This document shows positions 27,866-36,868 of a stretch of 64,000 nt of DNA, one piece after another. Position 1 is the first letter of the stretch. Each line of letters starts with the position of its first letter. This DNA comes from an uncultured Armatimonadia bacterium. GTDB lineage: Bacteria > Armatimonadota > Zipacnadia > CAVVLO01. The position numbers were made by a program, and so were the translations under genes. The DNA lies in the NCBI GenBank assembly GCA_963749155.1, contig CAVVLO010000002.1:384001-448000 (forward strand), given 5' to 3'. The notes beneath the pieces were generated by a model. It saw only the letters and a program-made list of their open reading frames with translations. It ran no database searches and was not told where the DNA came from.

Positions 27866-28348
27866 TTACGCGAATTCCTCACACATCGAGGGCAGCAAGG
27901 GGCGCGCCTTGCCTCTGCCATATGTTGGCTGGGCTGCGCTCATTACTTCAGACAGGAGTTGCACAGCCGCATTGACATCGCTGAGCATGTCATTTATCAG
28001 CCGTATGTTCTCGCCAGAGAGAAGACGCAGTTCGTCCAGCAAATCCTTCAGCCGGTCGCGCCGCTTGCTGAGAAGCAGTCCAGCCTCATCGCCTACCTGC
28101 TCAAGAAGCGCAGAAAAGCGTTCAGCTTCGGTGTAGCCAGGCATATGGCCAAGTAGCTTCGCAAGCTGCTTGTCCTGTCGATTGCTCTCCGCAATGGCCG
28201 AATCCAATTCGGCAATGATGTCACCAAGGGCTCGGAAGTCGCGGTGTTGCAGAGCCTCATATTTGGCTTGACAGGCTGAAAGGGCTCTGGTGAGGCTATG
28301 CTCCTGTGCCTCCAGCAGTTGGGTCGCTTTAGCTTCCAGTGAGATCAT
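27866..28348 (-). CDS. flgN: FlgN-family export chaperone
   Basis: Helical protein directly upstream of flgK; L..EN..LI and C-terminal TYG.G. Confidence 0.75.
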   Translation of the reverse strand: MISLEAKATQLLEAQEHSLTRALSACQAKYEALQHRDFRALGDIIAELDSAIAESNRQDKQLAKLLGHMPGYTEAERFSALLEQVGDEAGLLLSKRRDRLKDLLDELRLLSGENIRLINDMLSDVNAAVQLLSEVMSAAQPTYGRGKARPLLPSMCEEFA

Positions 28349-28428
28349 TTTTGTCGCTCCTCTTGCTCACTATGATGAGCACCTGGCTGGAGTCTCATCT
28401 CCAGCTCCTTTGAGCTACCTTGACCTAG

Positions 28429-28456
28429 TTATTGGCAACTCTTGAGCCTGACCTTA
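28429..28456 (-). promoter_or_regulatory. Sigma28-type promoter for flgN-K-L-fliW-csrA
   Basis: TAAG-N16-GCCAATAA (one mismatch in the -10 box). Confidence 0.65.
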
Positions 28457-28750
28457 GGCCTCGCAAACTTTATTTTCAGCGAACCTGGTTTTTTCAAGTT
28501 GGCGGTATAGCAGGTCAGCTAGCCCCAGTGGGCTTTGCTCAGCCAGTTCCTCTGCAACGCGGGGCATTACCATAGCCGCATATTGGCCAGAGGAAGAGGC
28601 CTGCCCGGTAAGCCCTTCAAAACTCCCTTCCAGACTAAGGAGAGAGCCAAGTACCAGGGCTTCAAAGTCGGCGCAAGCCTTCCAGAGCTGCTGGTCTCGA
28701 GGGGCAACTGCCTGTCGGGTCAGCTGGGTTGAGACGGTCTCGAGTTCCAT
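28454..28750 (-). CDS. flgJ: Short FlgJ (rod-binding domain only)
   Basis: LWKACADFEAL, LGLADLLYRQL. No muramidase domain. Confidence 0.82.
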   Translation of the reverse strand: MELETVSTQLTRQAVAPRDQQLWKACADFEALVLGSLLSLEGSFEGLTGQASSSGQYAAMVMPRVAEELAEQSPLGLADLLYRQLEKTRFAENKVCEA

Positions 28751-29869
28751 CTACATCACCACCAGTTCGGCGGTCAAAGCGCCTGACTCATGGATTGTCT
28801 GCAATATGGTAATCAGCTCGCCTGTCGTTGCGCCGATAGCATTCAACGCTTTCACCAACTCGCTGACACTCGTGCCTTCGATGGACCTGAGTACCGCGGG
28901 ACCGCCCTCGTCGACATCAAGGGTTTCGCCTGGCACAATAACTGTGGCGCCGTTGGTAAAAGACGGGGGTTGATGAACCTTAAGCTTCTGCTTGACCTCT
29001 ACGGTCAGACTGCCGTGAGAGACTGCAACCGGCATCACGCGGACATCACCGCCGATTATTACGGTACCAGTGCGTTCGTTCACTACCACTCGGGCAGGCC
29101 TGTAGTATTCGATCTCCAGGTCGGTCAGTCGGCTGATGAATTCAGCCTCGCGCCCCCAGAAGCAAGCAGGGATATCGACCTCCAGCGTGGCCGCATCTCT
29201 TGGGTGTATTCGTAGTTCCGGAAAACCAGCGAGAGCTTCTGAGATAACTGCCGCTGCCGCGTTTACCGTCTCATAACTCTCCATAGCGAAGCTAATCTGC
29301 AGTACATGGCCTCGCGAGGGGGGCATAGGAAGGGCTCTTTCGACCATCCCACCGCCTTGCAAGGCTGCTGTGGTCTGATGGTTTTGGGTGGTAGAGGAAC
29401 CCCCTTTCCCACTGGCTGTGAATCCTCCAAGAGAGACTGGCCCCTGGGCTACAACATAAAGCTGCCCGTCAGCTGCCATCAGGGGAGTCTGAAGCAAGAC
29501 CCCTCCCCGCAGTGACTTGGCATCCCCGAGTGAAGAAATCAGACAATCAACCCGGTCACCCACTCGCGCAAATCCTGACAATTCTGCTACTACCATTACT
29601 GCAGCGATGTTTTTCGACTTTATGTCAGGCAGATCAGCCACTAGGCCAAGCCGGCGCAGCATTGAAGCAACACTCTGAAAGGTAAAGGCCGCACTGGTAC
29701 TATCTCCAGTACCTTGCAAGCCGACGACCAGACCGTAGCCAAGCAACTGGTTGGAGCGTCCATCTCCAAGCCGCGCAACTTCGCCAAGACGCACCTTCAT
29801 CGTGTCCGTCATACCGGTGCTTGCCAGCATCAACAAGACTAAAAAGACTAGCTTCAGGCGTATAGCCAT
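28751..29869 (-). CDS. flgI: P-ring protein FlgI
   Basis: NQLLGYGLVVGLQGTGD, AAVMV, RVVVNERTGTV. Confidence 0.96.
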   Translation of the reverse strand: MAIRLKLVFLVLLMLASTGMTDTMKVRLGEVARLGDGRSNQLLGYGLVVGLQGTGDSTSAAFTFQSVASMLRRLGLVADLPDIKSKNIAAVMVVAELSGFARVGDRVDCLISSLGDAKSLRGGVLLQTPLMAADGQLYVVAQGPVSLGGFTASGKGGSSTTQNHQTTAALQGGGMVERALPMPPSRGHVLQISFAMESYETVNAAAAVISEALAGFPELRIHPRDAATLEVDIPACFWGREAEFISRLTDLEIEYYRPARVVVNERTGTVIIGGDVRVMPVAVSHGSLTVEVKQKLKVHQPPSFTNGATVIVPGETLDVDEGGPAVLRSIEGTSVSELVKALNAIGATTGELITILQTIHESGALTAELVVM

Positions 29870-29883
29870 ACGGGCATCCTCCT

Positions 29884-30537
29884 CTAGAAGAGCCAGTCGA
29901 ACAGCCGGCTGAGAATACCCGGCTTGCGCTTCTTGGCAATAGAGCCCTTGCCATCGAGTTTTATGATGGCTTCGGCCAGGGCTGAGGAAGCTACAGTGTT
30001 GGAAGGCCCAATGTCCTGGGTTCGGACAAGCCCAGACAGACTGAGCTTCCGCTCTTCGCCGTTAAGGTTGAGCTGGCGTTCGCCCCTGACTCGCAAGGCG
30101 CCGGCCTCGGTAACTTCCTCGACAACAGCGGTGACTGTCGCGGCAAGCTGATCGTTGTGGGAAAAAGAACCGGCTGAGGAAAAATTATCGGCCTCTCCGT
30201 AGCTATAACTTCCAAGCAGGCTGAGCATCCCTAATCCATGCTCCCCTGCCCCCTGGGCGCTCTTGCTGAGCTTGCTGCCCCCCGAAAGCGAAGAGATGAC
30301 ACTCTCACTCACTACCACGGTGACCAGATCGCCGACACGGTAAGCCTTGAGATCTGCGAAAAGCGAGGTTGTGTGTACTCCAGTCCAAAGACTCTCAGGG
30401 GCATAACCGTCCGCTGGCAAAGTGACCTGGACTGGCTGGATCAGAACGGGTGGCCAAGGGGTGGTTTCCCCTTGAGCCAAGGCTGGGCAAGCAGTCACCA
30501 CAGCAAGTATTAGTAGCGACAGGCATCTGGTTTTCAC
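29884..30537 (-). CDS. flgH: L-ring protein FlgH
   Basis: LFADLKAYRVGDLVTV, SGLVRTQDI..NTVAS, PGILSRLFDWLF. Confidence 0.93.
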   Translation of the reverse strand: MKTRCLSLLILAVVTACPALAQGETTPWPPVLIQPVQVTLPADGYAPESLWTGVHTTSLFADLKAYRVGDLVTVVVSESVISSLSGGSKLSKSAQGAGEHGLGMLSLLGSYSYGEADNFSSAGSFSHNDQLAATVTAVVEEVTEAGALRVRGERQLNLNGEERKLSLSGLVRTQDIGPSNTVASSALAEAIIKLDGKGSIAKKRKPGILSRLFDWLF

Positions 30538-30540
30538 TAG

Positions 30541-31374
30541 TTATCCCTCCTCACTCGTAAGGGTAACGACAAGTAGATCTGGGGCTTCGAGCAGGCCCTG
30601 GACTTCACGTCCACTGCTCAGGTTGAGGGCTCTGGCTGACTCGCCGACTCGGGCAGAATATTGCAGTTTGCCCGTAGTTGTGAGTTCAAAACCAAAAGCT
30701 CGCACCACAAGACGCACTGGAGAGCCTGAACGGACCTGAAGACCTGGAGATTCACCAGGGGGAACAGTTCCAGTTGGTTCAGCCGAATTTGCTGCAGCGA
30801 TCCCGGGTTGACCGACCAGCTTCAGGAGCCAGGTACCTCGTGTGACACCTGCCACCAGGACCTGGAGCCGTATATAAAGGCCATCAGCCAACTGCATTGG
30901 ACCAATAAACTGCAGGTTCAGCTCCCCCTCTGGCAAGGCGCACGGAGCAAAGGGCGCCATCAGCACACGACCTGTGGCCTGGTCAGGCACAAGAGCAAAA
31001 TCGCTTGTGAGGCGTTGCTCAAGAACCTCCTGAGTCAGATACTGCGCCGCGGTAGTAAGGACACATTCTCTGGCAGCAGTGAAGAAAACTTGCTCGGGCA
31101 AGATACCCTTTGGCCGTAAACGAGCGACCACGAAGCCTGCAACCAGGGTTGCCGACTGGCCAGGAGGGGGACTTGCAATCACCACTGTCTGACCAGCGAT
31201 TTCCGCAAGCGCGGCGTCCAGGCAACTCACCGTGGCAACATCAACAAGACGTACTTCAACGCCACTGACTACCGCGGCAGGGCGTAAAGCCACTTCAATC
31301 GCAGGCTTGTCATCTGCCGGGACCAGTGACCCACCGAGAATCATCAGGCCGATCATATAAAGAAAGGTCTTCAT
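30541..31374 (-). CDS. flgA: P-ring chaperone FlgA-like
   Basis: Signal peptide, C-terminal VRSG.PV..G..GE..RALNLSSGR. Located between flgG and flgH. Confidence 0.78.
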   Translation of the reverse strand: MKTFLYMIGLMILGGSLVPADDKPAIEVALRPAAVVSGVEVRLVDVATVSCLDAALAEIAGQTVVIASPPPGQSATLVAGFVVARLRPKGILPEQVFFTAARECVLTTAAQYLTQEVLEQRLTSDFALVPDQATGRVLMAPFAPCALPEGELNLQFIGPMQLADGLYIRLQVLVAGVTRGTWLLKLVGQPGIAAANSAEPTGTVPPGESPGLQVRSGSPVRLVVRAFGFELTTTGKLQYSARVGESARALNLSSGREVQGLLEAPDLLVVTLTSEEG

Positions 31375-31378
31375 CGAT

Positions 31379-32167
31379 TTACCTCCGGATGTTGACTGCG
31401 ATGCTTAGCATCTCGTCGGCGCTGCGGATAGATTTGGAATTGACCTCATAAGCCCGCTGGGCCATTATCATCTTGACCATCTCCTCGACCACCTCGACAT
31501 TGGACATCTCGACAAAACCCTGAGCGAGAGTGCCAAGCCCATCCAGCCCAGCCGTCCCAGTAATCGCTTCGCCGCTGGCAGCAGTGCTTTGATACAGATT
31601 GCGGCCGACAGAACGAAGCCCACCAGGATTGAGGAATCGAGCCAGTGTGATTTGCCCAACATTCTGCGGCTCTGACTGGCCTGCAACGATGGCTGAGACT
31701 GTGCCGTCGGGGCCAATCGATATCTCGGTTGCCCCTTGAGGTATGGTGATCTGTGGCTGCACCATCAGGCCATCGCTGGTAACAAGCGAGCCGTCTGAGC
31801 TGAGTTTCAGGCTGCCGTCCCGGGTGTAAGCGACCGTCCCATCTGGCTGAAGTATCTGGAAGAAGCCATCTCCTTCAATAGCGAGGTCAAGACTGTTGCC
31901 TGTCTGTTCGAACTCGCCCTGCCCAAAGACTTTCTGGATAGCGCCAAGACGAGTCCCCAACCCTACCTCAGAGCTGACAGGCACCGCAGAGCCCGCAGCG
32001 ACGGTAGTGCCTGCACTGCGCGTGCTTTGGTACATCAGATCTTGAAACTCGGCTCGGCTTCCTTTGAAGCCGAGGGTGTTCACGTTGGCCAGGTTATTCG
32101 AGATGACGTCCAGGTTTGTCTGCTGAGCGGTCATCCCGGTGGCCGCGGTCCATAAAGCTCTTATCAT
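31379..32167 (-). CDS. flgG: Distal rod protein FlgG
   Basis: MIRALWTAATGM.AQQ, EFQDLMYQ, YTRDGS, AQRAYEVNSK. Confidence 0.97.
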   Translation of the reverse strand: MIRALWTAATGMTAQQTNLDVISNNLANVNTLGFKGSRAEFQDLMYQSTRSAGTTVAAGSAVPVSSEVGLGTRLGAIQKVFGQGEFEQTGNSLDLAIEGDGFFQILQPDGTVAYTRDGSLKLSSDGSLVTSDGLMVQPQITIPQGATEISIGPDGTVSAIVAGQSEPQNVGQITLARFLNPGGLRSVGRNLYQSTAASGEAITGTAGLDGLGTLAQGFVEMSNVEVVEEMVKMIMAQRAYEVNSKSIRSADEMLSIAVNIRR

Positions 32168-32176
32168 TTGGCTCTT

Positions 32177-32269
32177 GCCCTCCCTGGGCGCGAGCCGACT
32201 TGCGGGAAGCCCTGCTGACTGCAGGAGCCTCGGACTGTCCCTTGCGGGACCCAGTCCACACGGTCGGCT
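32177..32269 (-). promoter_or_regulatory. Structured RNA element in flgF-flgG intergenic region
   Basis: Closing stem AGCCGAC/GTCGGCT encloses GGACT-GG-GTCCC-GCAA-GGGAC-AGTCC and AGGCTCCTGC/GCAGGGCTT. The SD lies in a GCCC-AGGGA-GGGC loop. Confidence 0.6.
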
Positions 32270-32963
32270 ACGCGATACGGATCAGTTCCCCGAGCTTGCC
32301 GAGGGTTTCGTCAAGCAATTGCACCGATTTGGCGCATAATTCGTATGTTTTGTTGCACTCGATCATCGAAACCAGTTCGGTTACGATGTTCACGTTGGAT
32401 TTGGCCAATACTCCAAGTCGGATAGGCCCATCGGCGGGAGTTTCAATCCCCTCCGCAAGCTGCAATTGAAGTTGGTCGATACGTTTGCCCTGGTCGAAGA
32501 CAGCTCCGGTGGAGTCAATCCAGGTATGACCTTCACCACTCGTTTTGATGGTTCCGGTCTCTCCAGCCAGCAACTCGCCAGCAGTAGTCATCAGCACCCC
32601 ATCTGGGCCGATAACCAGGCTTCCGCATGTTGTAGTGCTTCCTGAGGTAGTCTTAAGTGAGTGGCCTGGGGCAAGCGCCAGATCGAGAGGTCGACCAGTC
32701 ACCTCGAGCTCAGGTTCGTCCTGGCTCTGTAGCACCTGGATACCGCTGACTCCACCTGCAGCTAGTCCGGCAGGCCACGAGTTGGTGGGCACGCCCTGAG
32801 CTCGTTGCTGGCCATAAGTCACTTTGCCCTCTGCGCCCAGGTATTGGGGGATTAGCCGTTGAAAGCCAGGGGTGTCGACATTGGCCACGTTGTGAGCTAT
32901 CACGTCGTGAGCATCAAGGTTGGCGCTCATCGCCCAACCCGCTGAATATAGTGCTCTCAGCAT
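32268..32963 (-). CDS. flgF: Rod protein FlgF-like
   Basis: DVIAHNVANVDTPGF, TGRPLDLAL, SNVNIVTELVSMIE. ATG at 32963 with GGAGGTG SD. Confidence 0.88.
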   Translation of the reverse strand: MLRALYSAGWAMSANLDAHDVIAHNVANVDTPGFQRLIPQYLGAEGKVTYGQQRAQGVPTNSWPAGLAAGGVSGIQVLQSQDEPELEVTGRPLDLALAPGHSLKTTSGSTTTCGSLVIGPDGVLMTTAGELLAGETGTIKTSGEGHTWIDSTGAVFDQGKRIDQLQLQLAEGIETPADGPIRLGVLAKSNVNIVTELVSMIECNKTYELCAKSVQLLDETLGKLGELIRIA

Positions 32964-32986
32964 CTTCTCACCTCCCTTGCCTGAAG

Positions 32987-33014
32987 TTATCGGCAAGGCA
33001 AGTGAGGAACCTTA
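32987..33014 (-). promoter_or_regulatory. Sigma28-type promoter for flgF-G-A-H-I-J
   Basis: TAAG-N16-GCCGATAA. Confidence 0.78.
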
Positions 33015-33036
33015 GGGGTTAGCTCAAAAAAATTGT

Positions 33037-33066
33037 AAAAAAAAAGCGGGGCCCAAAAGGCCCCGC
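33037..33066 (-). terminator. Rho-independent terminator after flgM
   Basis: GCGGGGCC-TTTTG-GGCCCCGC followed by 9 T on the minus strand. Confidence 0.9.
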
Positions 33067-33086
33067 CGGCGGTTAGCCACGAGAGG

Positions 33087-33356
33087 TCAGCCTTCGAGCA
33101 TCGCCTTGGCGATGTCCAGGCTGGAGGGATTGTACTGACCCGATTGGACGAGGTGCTTGAGCCGCTCTATTTGCTGCGAGCGAGCCAAGCTCGCCTCGCC
33201 CAGTGCGGCCCGGGCTACTCCCATCGCCTGGGCGCGGTCACTCATCTCGACCGCATCCTCGCCAGGGAGAGCCTTGGCTGCCTCGGGAGCTCTCCTACCT
33301 ACCTTCTCGGGCCCTGGTCCAAGCCAGACACTCAGGTACTTGCCATCTATCCTCAT
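33087..33356 (-). CDS. flgM: Anti-sigma28 factor FlgM
   Basis: D.VEMSD.A, R.QQIERLK..VQSGQY.PSS.DIA.AML. Confidence 0.88.
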   Translation of the reverse strand: MRIDGKYLSVWLGPGPEKVGRRAPEAAKALPGEDAVEMSDRAQAMGVARAALGEASLARSQQIERLKHLVQSGQYNPSSLDIAKAMLEG

Positions 33357-33375
33357 CGCTACCACCTAGTAATGC

Positions 33376-33402
33376 TTATCGGCAATCCCGATTGAGACTT
33401 GA
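33376..33402 (-). promoter_or_regulatory. Sigma28-type promoter for flgM
   Basis: TCAA-N15-GCCGATAA. Confidence 0.78.
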
Positions 33403-33498
33403 GGGCGTTTACAGAAGGTTTACTATTGGCCTGACTGCATGCGAATATCGAGCTGCTGCTGAGCTGCTTTGGTCGCAGCATAAGTATCGAAGTAACAG

Positions 33499-34296
33499 TC
33501 AAGTGGCTCCTGTCGCCACAGGCTTGTCCGCATTGGTAAGCCAGTCATACAGCACATGACTCATCTGAGGGGTCAGTTGACGCTCGAATTCAAGCAGTTT
33601 CTCTTCTACGTTTGGCCCATATTTGCCTAGCTTTTCAGTGTCAGGGGCGATGGCCTGGGTAAGCTTGAGAAGCAGGCTCGTTTGGGCTGGCCCCATTCCC
33701 GCTTCAGTTGAGAGCAATCCAGCCTTGATTAGTCCCACCATTGATCTGGCCAGCAGGCCATCGAGTCGGGCATCGATGACTTTGGCAACTGAAGCCGCAT
33801 CGAGCTGTTTGCCTTTGGTAAGGCTAAGGGTTGTTTTGCCATCTGGCAAAAGGAAACTGGTTGCCTGGTCGATCACAACCGCCGGTTCGGTGAGACCAAG
33901 TGAGGAGGCATGTTCTTTGCCTTCTGCCGAATCAGGAGTGAGTATCTCCAGCTTGAGCCTGCCTCCAGCCGAGGTGCTTTTGGCTGTCAGTTCCTTGCTG
34001 ATCGCCTCATATGAAGCTCCTTCAGCAGGGAGAAACGCAATCACACTGACTGCCAGGTGGACAGGCTCTGGTTTGGCTGAGGCGTCAGTTGCAGGGGAGG
34101 CTTCATGCTCATGATCGTGGGCTGCGGTCGTGGCTCCCGCTTCTTCAGGACAGGCTTCGCCTTCGGCATGATCTTGACCGCATGAACACTGGTGCTTGGG
34201 GGCAGGGGGATTGGCTTTGGAGATCATATAACCAAAAGCTGTCAGTAATACCAGTAACCCGATTACCCCGGCAATCGTTTTTATGCGCGCGTTCAT
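33499..34296 (-). CDS. Hypothetical membrane-anchored protein with His/Cys-rich segment
   Basis: N-terminal TM, HQCSCGQDH and HDHEHE, GGAGG SD. Confidence 0.7.
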   Translation of the reverse strand: MNARIKTIAGVIGLLVLLTAFGYMISKANPPAPKHQCSCGQDHAEGEACPEEAGATTAAHDHEHEASPATDASAKPEPVHLAVSVIAFLPAEGASYEAISKELTAKSTSAGGRLKLEILTPDSAEGKEHASSLGLTEPAVVIDQATSFLLPDGKTTLSLTKGKQLDAASVAKVIDARLDGLLARSMVGLIKAGLLSTEAGMGPAQTSLLLKLTQAIAPDTEKLGKYGPNVEEKLLEFERQLTPQMSHVLYDWLTNADKPVATGAT

Positions 34297-34403
34297 TGAA
34301 GACCCTCCTCTGGCAGGTAGACCCCTGCCAGCCTGTCAATTATACTTACACCCACTTTTACCCGCAATATCTAATGGTGGCAGCGGTCAAAAAGGAGACA
34401 GGT

Positions 34404-35375
34404 ATGGATTCACGTGAACGCGTAAAGCTGGCCTTAAGTTTCCAAAAGCCTGACAGATTGCCCTTTAACTTCTGGATGGACAGGCGTCTTATGGCCCAGT
34501 ATGAGGAAGAACTTGGTGGCCCTTACTGGCGTACGACCAAATATGGCGCTGATGTATGGGAGAGCTTTGCTCTCATCCCCTGGCAAGTGCCTGCGGCTGA
34601 ATATGAGATGCGCGACGGCACGGCCTGGGCAGTAAAGCCTTCTTTCGATTCGGTAGAACAGCTTGCCAGCGTAGCCCTTCCCGACGTGGAGTCTGAGGCT
34701 GTCTACTCGATGATCCGTAGCGACCGCGCCGCGCTGCCAGGAGTTTTTATGACAGGCGCGCTTATCAGCGCCCTGGGCTGGCTGGACGGGTGGCGGGGCT
34801 ACCAAAACTTTTTCACGGATATCTATGATGAACCTGAAATAATCGACCATATTGTCAATATCGTCCAGCAAACCAATACCACTGTGGCGCGCGGGATGAT
34901 AGAAGCTGGCGTCGATTGTCTCTACCTGATGGAAGATCTTGGTTCGACCACTGGCCTGTTGATGTCCAAAGACCATATCGAGCGTTATGTCTTGCGGTGT
35001 TTCTCAGGGGCGCTGGAAGTCGCAAAAGAAAAGGCCATCCCGGTTTTCTTCCATACCGATGGAGCCGTGCTGGACATCCTCGACAGGTTCGTCGAACTCG
35101 GCGTCACGGCAGTAAATCCACTGCAACCTCATCTCAACGACCACCAGGTGTTTCATCGCAAGTACCACAAGCGGCTGGCCCTGTATGGCGCGGGCGATAA
35201 TACCTATATAATCCCGACCGGCACGCCTGATGAGGTGCGCCAGCACGTCTTCGATATGTTCGAGCTGCACGGCCAGGAAGGCGGCTTTATCTTCAGCACG
35301 CACGACATCCCGCTCGAGACGCCTCGCGAGAATATCGAGGCAATGCTCGAGGCCTTGCGGCAATGCACCTACTAA
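34404..35375 (+). CDS. Uroporphyrinogen decarboxylase (UroD/MtaA)-family protein
   Basis: MDSRERV..PDRLP, EDLGS, FFHTDG, GTPDEVR, GGFIF.TH.I..ETPRENI. ATG at 34404 after AAGGAG. Confidence 0.88.
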   Translation: MDSRERVKLALSFQKPDRLPFNFWMDRRLMAQYEEELGGPYWRTTKYGADVWESFALIPWQVPAAEYEMRDGTAWAVKPSFDSVEQLASVALPDVESEAVYSMIRSDRAALPGVFMTGALISALGWLDGWRGYQNFFTDIYDEPEIIDHIVNIVQQTNTTVARGMIEAGVDCLYLMEDLGSTTGLLMSKDHIERYVLRCFSGALEVAKEKAIPVFFHTDGAVLDILDRFVELGVTAVNPLQPHLNDHQVFHRKYHKRLALYGAGDNTYIIPTGTPDEVRQHVFDMFELHGQEGGFIFSTHDIPLETPRENIEAMLEALRQCTY

Positions 35376-35384
35376 GGAGCACTG

Positions 35385-36044
35385 ATGATTGAGCATATCC
35401 TGAGTGTCCTGTTCGCTTTTGTAGAGTCAGTAATCGCTGCCGGAGGTTACTGGGGTATAGTAGCGCTTATGGCGATAGAAAGCGCCTGCATCCCCCTGCC
35501 CAGCGAGCTTATTATGCCCTTCAGCGGTTTTTTGGTGTCGAAGGGCGAGTTCAACTTGTGGCTTTGTGGACTTGCTGGTGCGGTCGGCTGCCTGGTTGGC
35601 TCCTGGATCGCTTACTGGGTCGGAGTGTATGGCGGCAGGCCTTTTGTCGAGAAATACGGCAAGTACATCCTGATGTCGAAACGCGACCTCGACCGGGCTG
35701 ACAGGTTCTTCACCAGGCACGGGGAGGCTACTGTTTTCATCGCCAGGCTGCTGCCTATCGTGCGCACTTATATCTCGCTGCCCGCAGGCATCAGCAAGAT
35801 GCACTTCTGGCGCTTCTCGTTTTACTCGCTCGTGGGTTCCTTCCCCTGGTGCCTGGCTCTGGCCTGGGTTGGAATGAAACTTGGCGACGAATGGCAGGCC
35901 ATCCGGGGCTATCTGCACAAGTTCGATTTCCTGGTCGCGGCAGTCCTGATAATTTTGTTTGCGCTCTTCCTTTGGCACCATTTCCGCCCGGAAGAAAAGG
36001 AAGTCGCTGCCGAGGTCTCGCCTGCCGAAACCAAAGAAGACTAG
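35385..36044 (+). CDS. DedA-family membrane protein
   Basis: MAIESACIPLPSELIMPFSG, RLLPIVRTYISLPAG. Confidence 0.95.
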   Translation: MIEHILSVLFAFVESVIAAGGYWGIVALMAIESACIPLPSELIMPFSGFLVSKGEFNLWLCGLAGAVGCLVGSWIAYWVGVYGGRPFVEKYGKYILMSKRDLDRADRFFTRHGEATVFIARLLPIVRTYISLPAGISKMHFWRFSFYSLVGSFPWCLALAWVGMKLGDEWQAIRGYLHKFDFLVAAVLIILFALFLWHHFRPEEKEVAAEVSPAETKED

Positions 36045-36868
36045 CCTCGAGTTCTCTGCCAATAGGCCTTGAGTTCGAGATAAACCCAGTCAGGCACCTC
36101 TACCTTGGCAATGGGGACAGGTTTCGTGGCCAGCGGCCCATGACTGTCCGAGCCTCCGGTGACAACCAGTCCCTGCTTGCGCGCGATTTTCAGGTATTTC
36201 GCAGTGGTCTTGCGGTCATGCGCGGTGTGGAAGACTTCAAGGCCTTCGAGCCCTGCCGACTTGAGGGTGTAAATCCAGTTGTCGTCTCCGACCAGCCCTG
36301 GATGAGCCAGCACGGGGATGCCGCCTGCTTCCTTAATAAGCGCGACAGCCTCCTTGGGGGCTAGTCTGTATCTGGGCACATAGCCCGGCCCTCCGGGCAG
36401 CAGATAGCGCGTGAAGACTTCCTGCGGCGTGCCCCCGTAACCCAGCTTGTGGAGGGCCCGGGCAACATGAGGCCGGCCGATAGATTCTCCCTCCGCCACC
36501 TCCAGCACATCCTCCAGGCTAACCTCGACCCCTGCCTGCTGCAAGCGCTCGATTATCCGCTCGGCCCGTTCGCGCCTTCTTTGGCGAAGCGCGCCCAGAG
36601 TTTCGGTCAAAACCGGATAATCCGGCTGGATGTAATAACCGAGGATATGCAGGTCGCGCTGCTCCTGCTCGGTATTGATTTCTATCCCAGGGACAAAGTT
36701 CGCAGTAAACTCCGAGGCATGCTCGGCGACGATTCTGGAACCTTCCTGGGTGTCATGGTCAGTAAGGGAAAAAGCCAGCAAGCCTAGTCTGTCAACTTCT
36801 CTGGCAACTTCAAGTGGCTCCAGCGTGCCATCAGAGGCCGTCGAGTGGAGGTGCAAATCACAGGGCAT
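36041..36868 (-). CDS. PHP-domain phosphoesterase (TrpH/YciV-like)
   Basis: DLHLHSTASDG, TDHD, HILGY, LAHP, GGSDSHG. Confidence 0.93.
   Translation of the reverse strand: MPCDLHLHSTASDGTLEPLEVAREVDRLGLLAFSLTDHDTQEGSRIVAEHASEFTANFVPGIEINTEQEQRDLHILGYYIQPDYPVLTETLGALRQRRRERAERIIERLQQAGVEVSLEDVLEVAEGESIGRPHVARALHKLGYGGTPQEVFTRYLLPGGPGYVPRYRLAPKEAVALIKEAGGIPVLAHPGLVGDDNWIYTLKSAGLEGLEVFHTAHDRKTTAKYLKIARKQGLVVTGGSDSHGPLATKPVPIAKVEVPDWVYLELKAYWQRTRG

Noticed and set aside
28454..28750. FlgJ lacking a muramidase domain as a novelty
   Set aside because: Single-domain FlgJ is common outside beta/gamma-proteobacteria.
32997..33012. Weak GG-N10-GC sigma54-like spacing inside the flgF (and flgN) sigma28 promoters
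   Set aside because: Lacks TGGCAC and is a far poorer match than the two clear sigma54 sites; likely chance.
34089..34403. N-terminal extensions in the ORF track (also for HD-GYP, csrA, flgK, flgF, methyltransferase, dprA, Gfo copy B, thuA, UroD genes)
   Set aside because: They overlap neighbouring genes or promoters, or precede the family N-terminus; most downstream starts have clear SD sequences.
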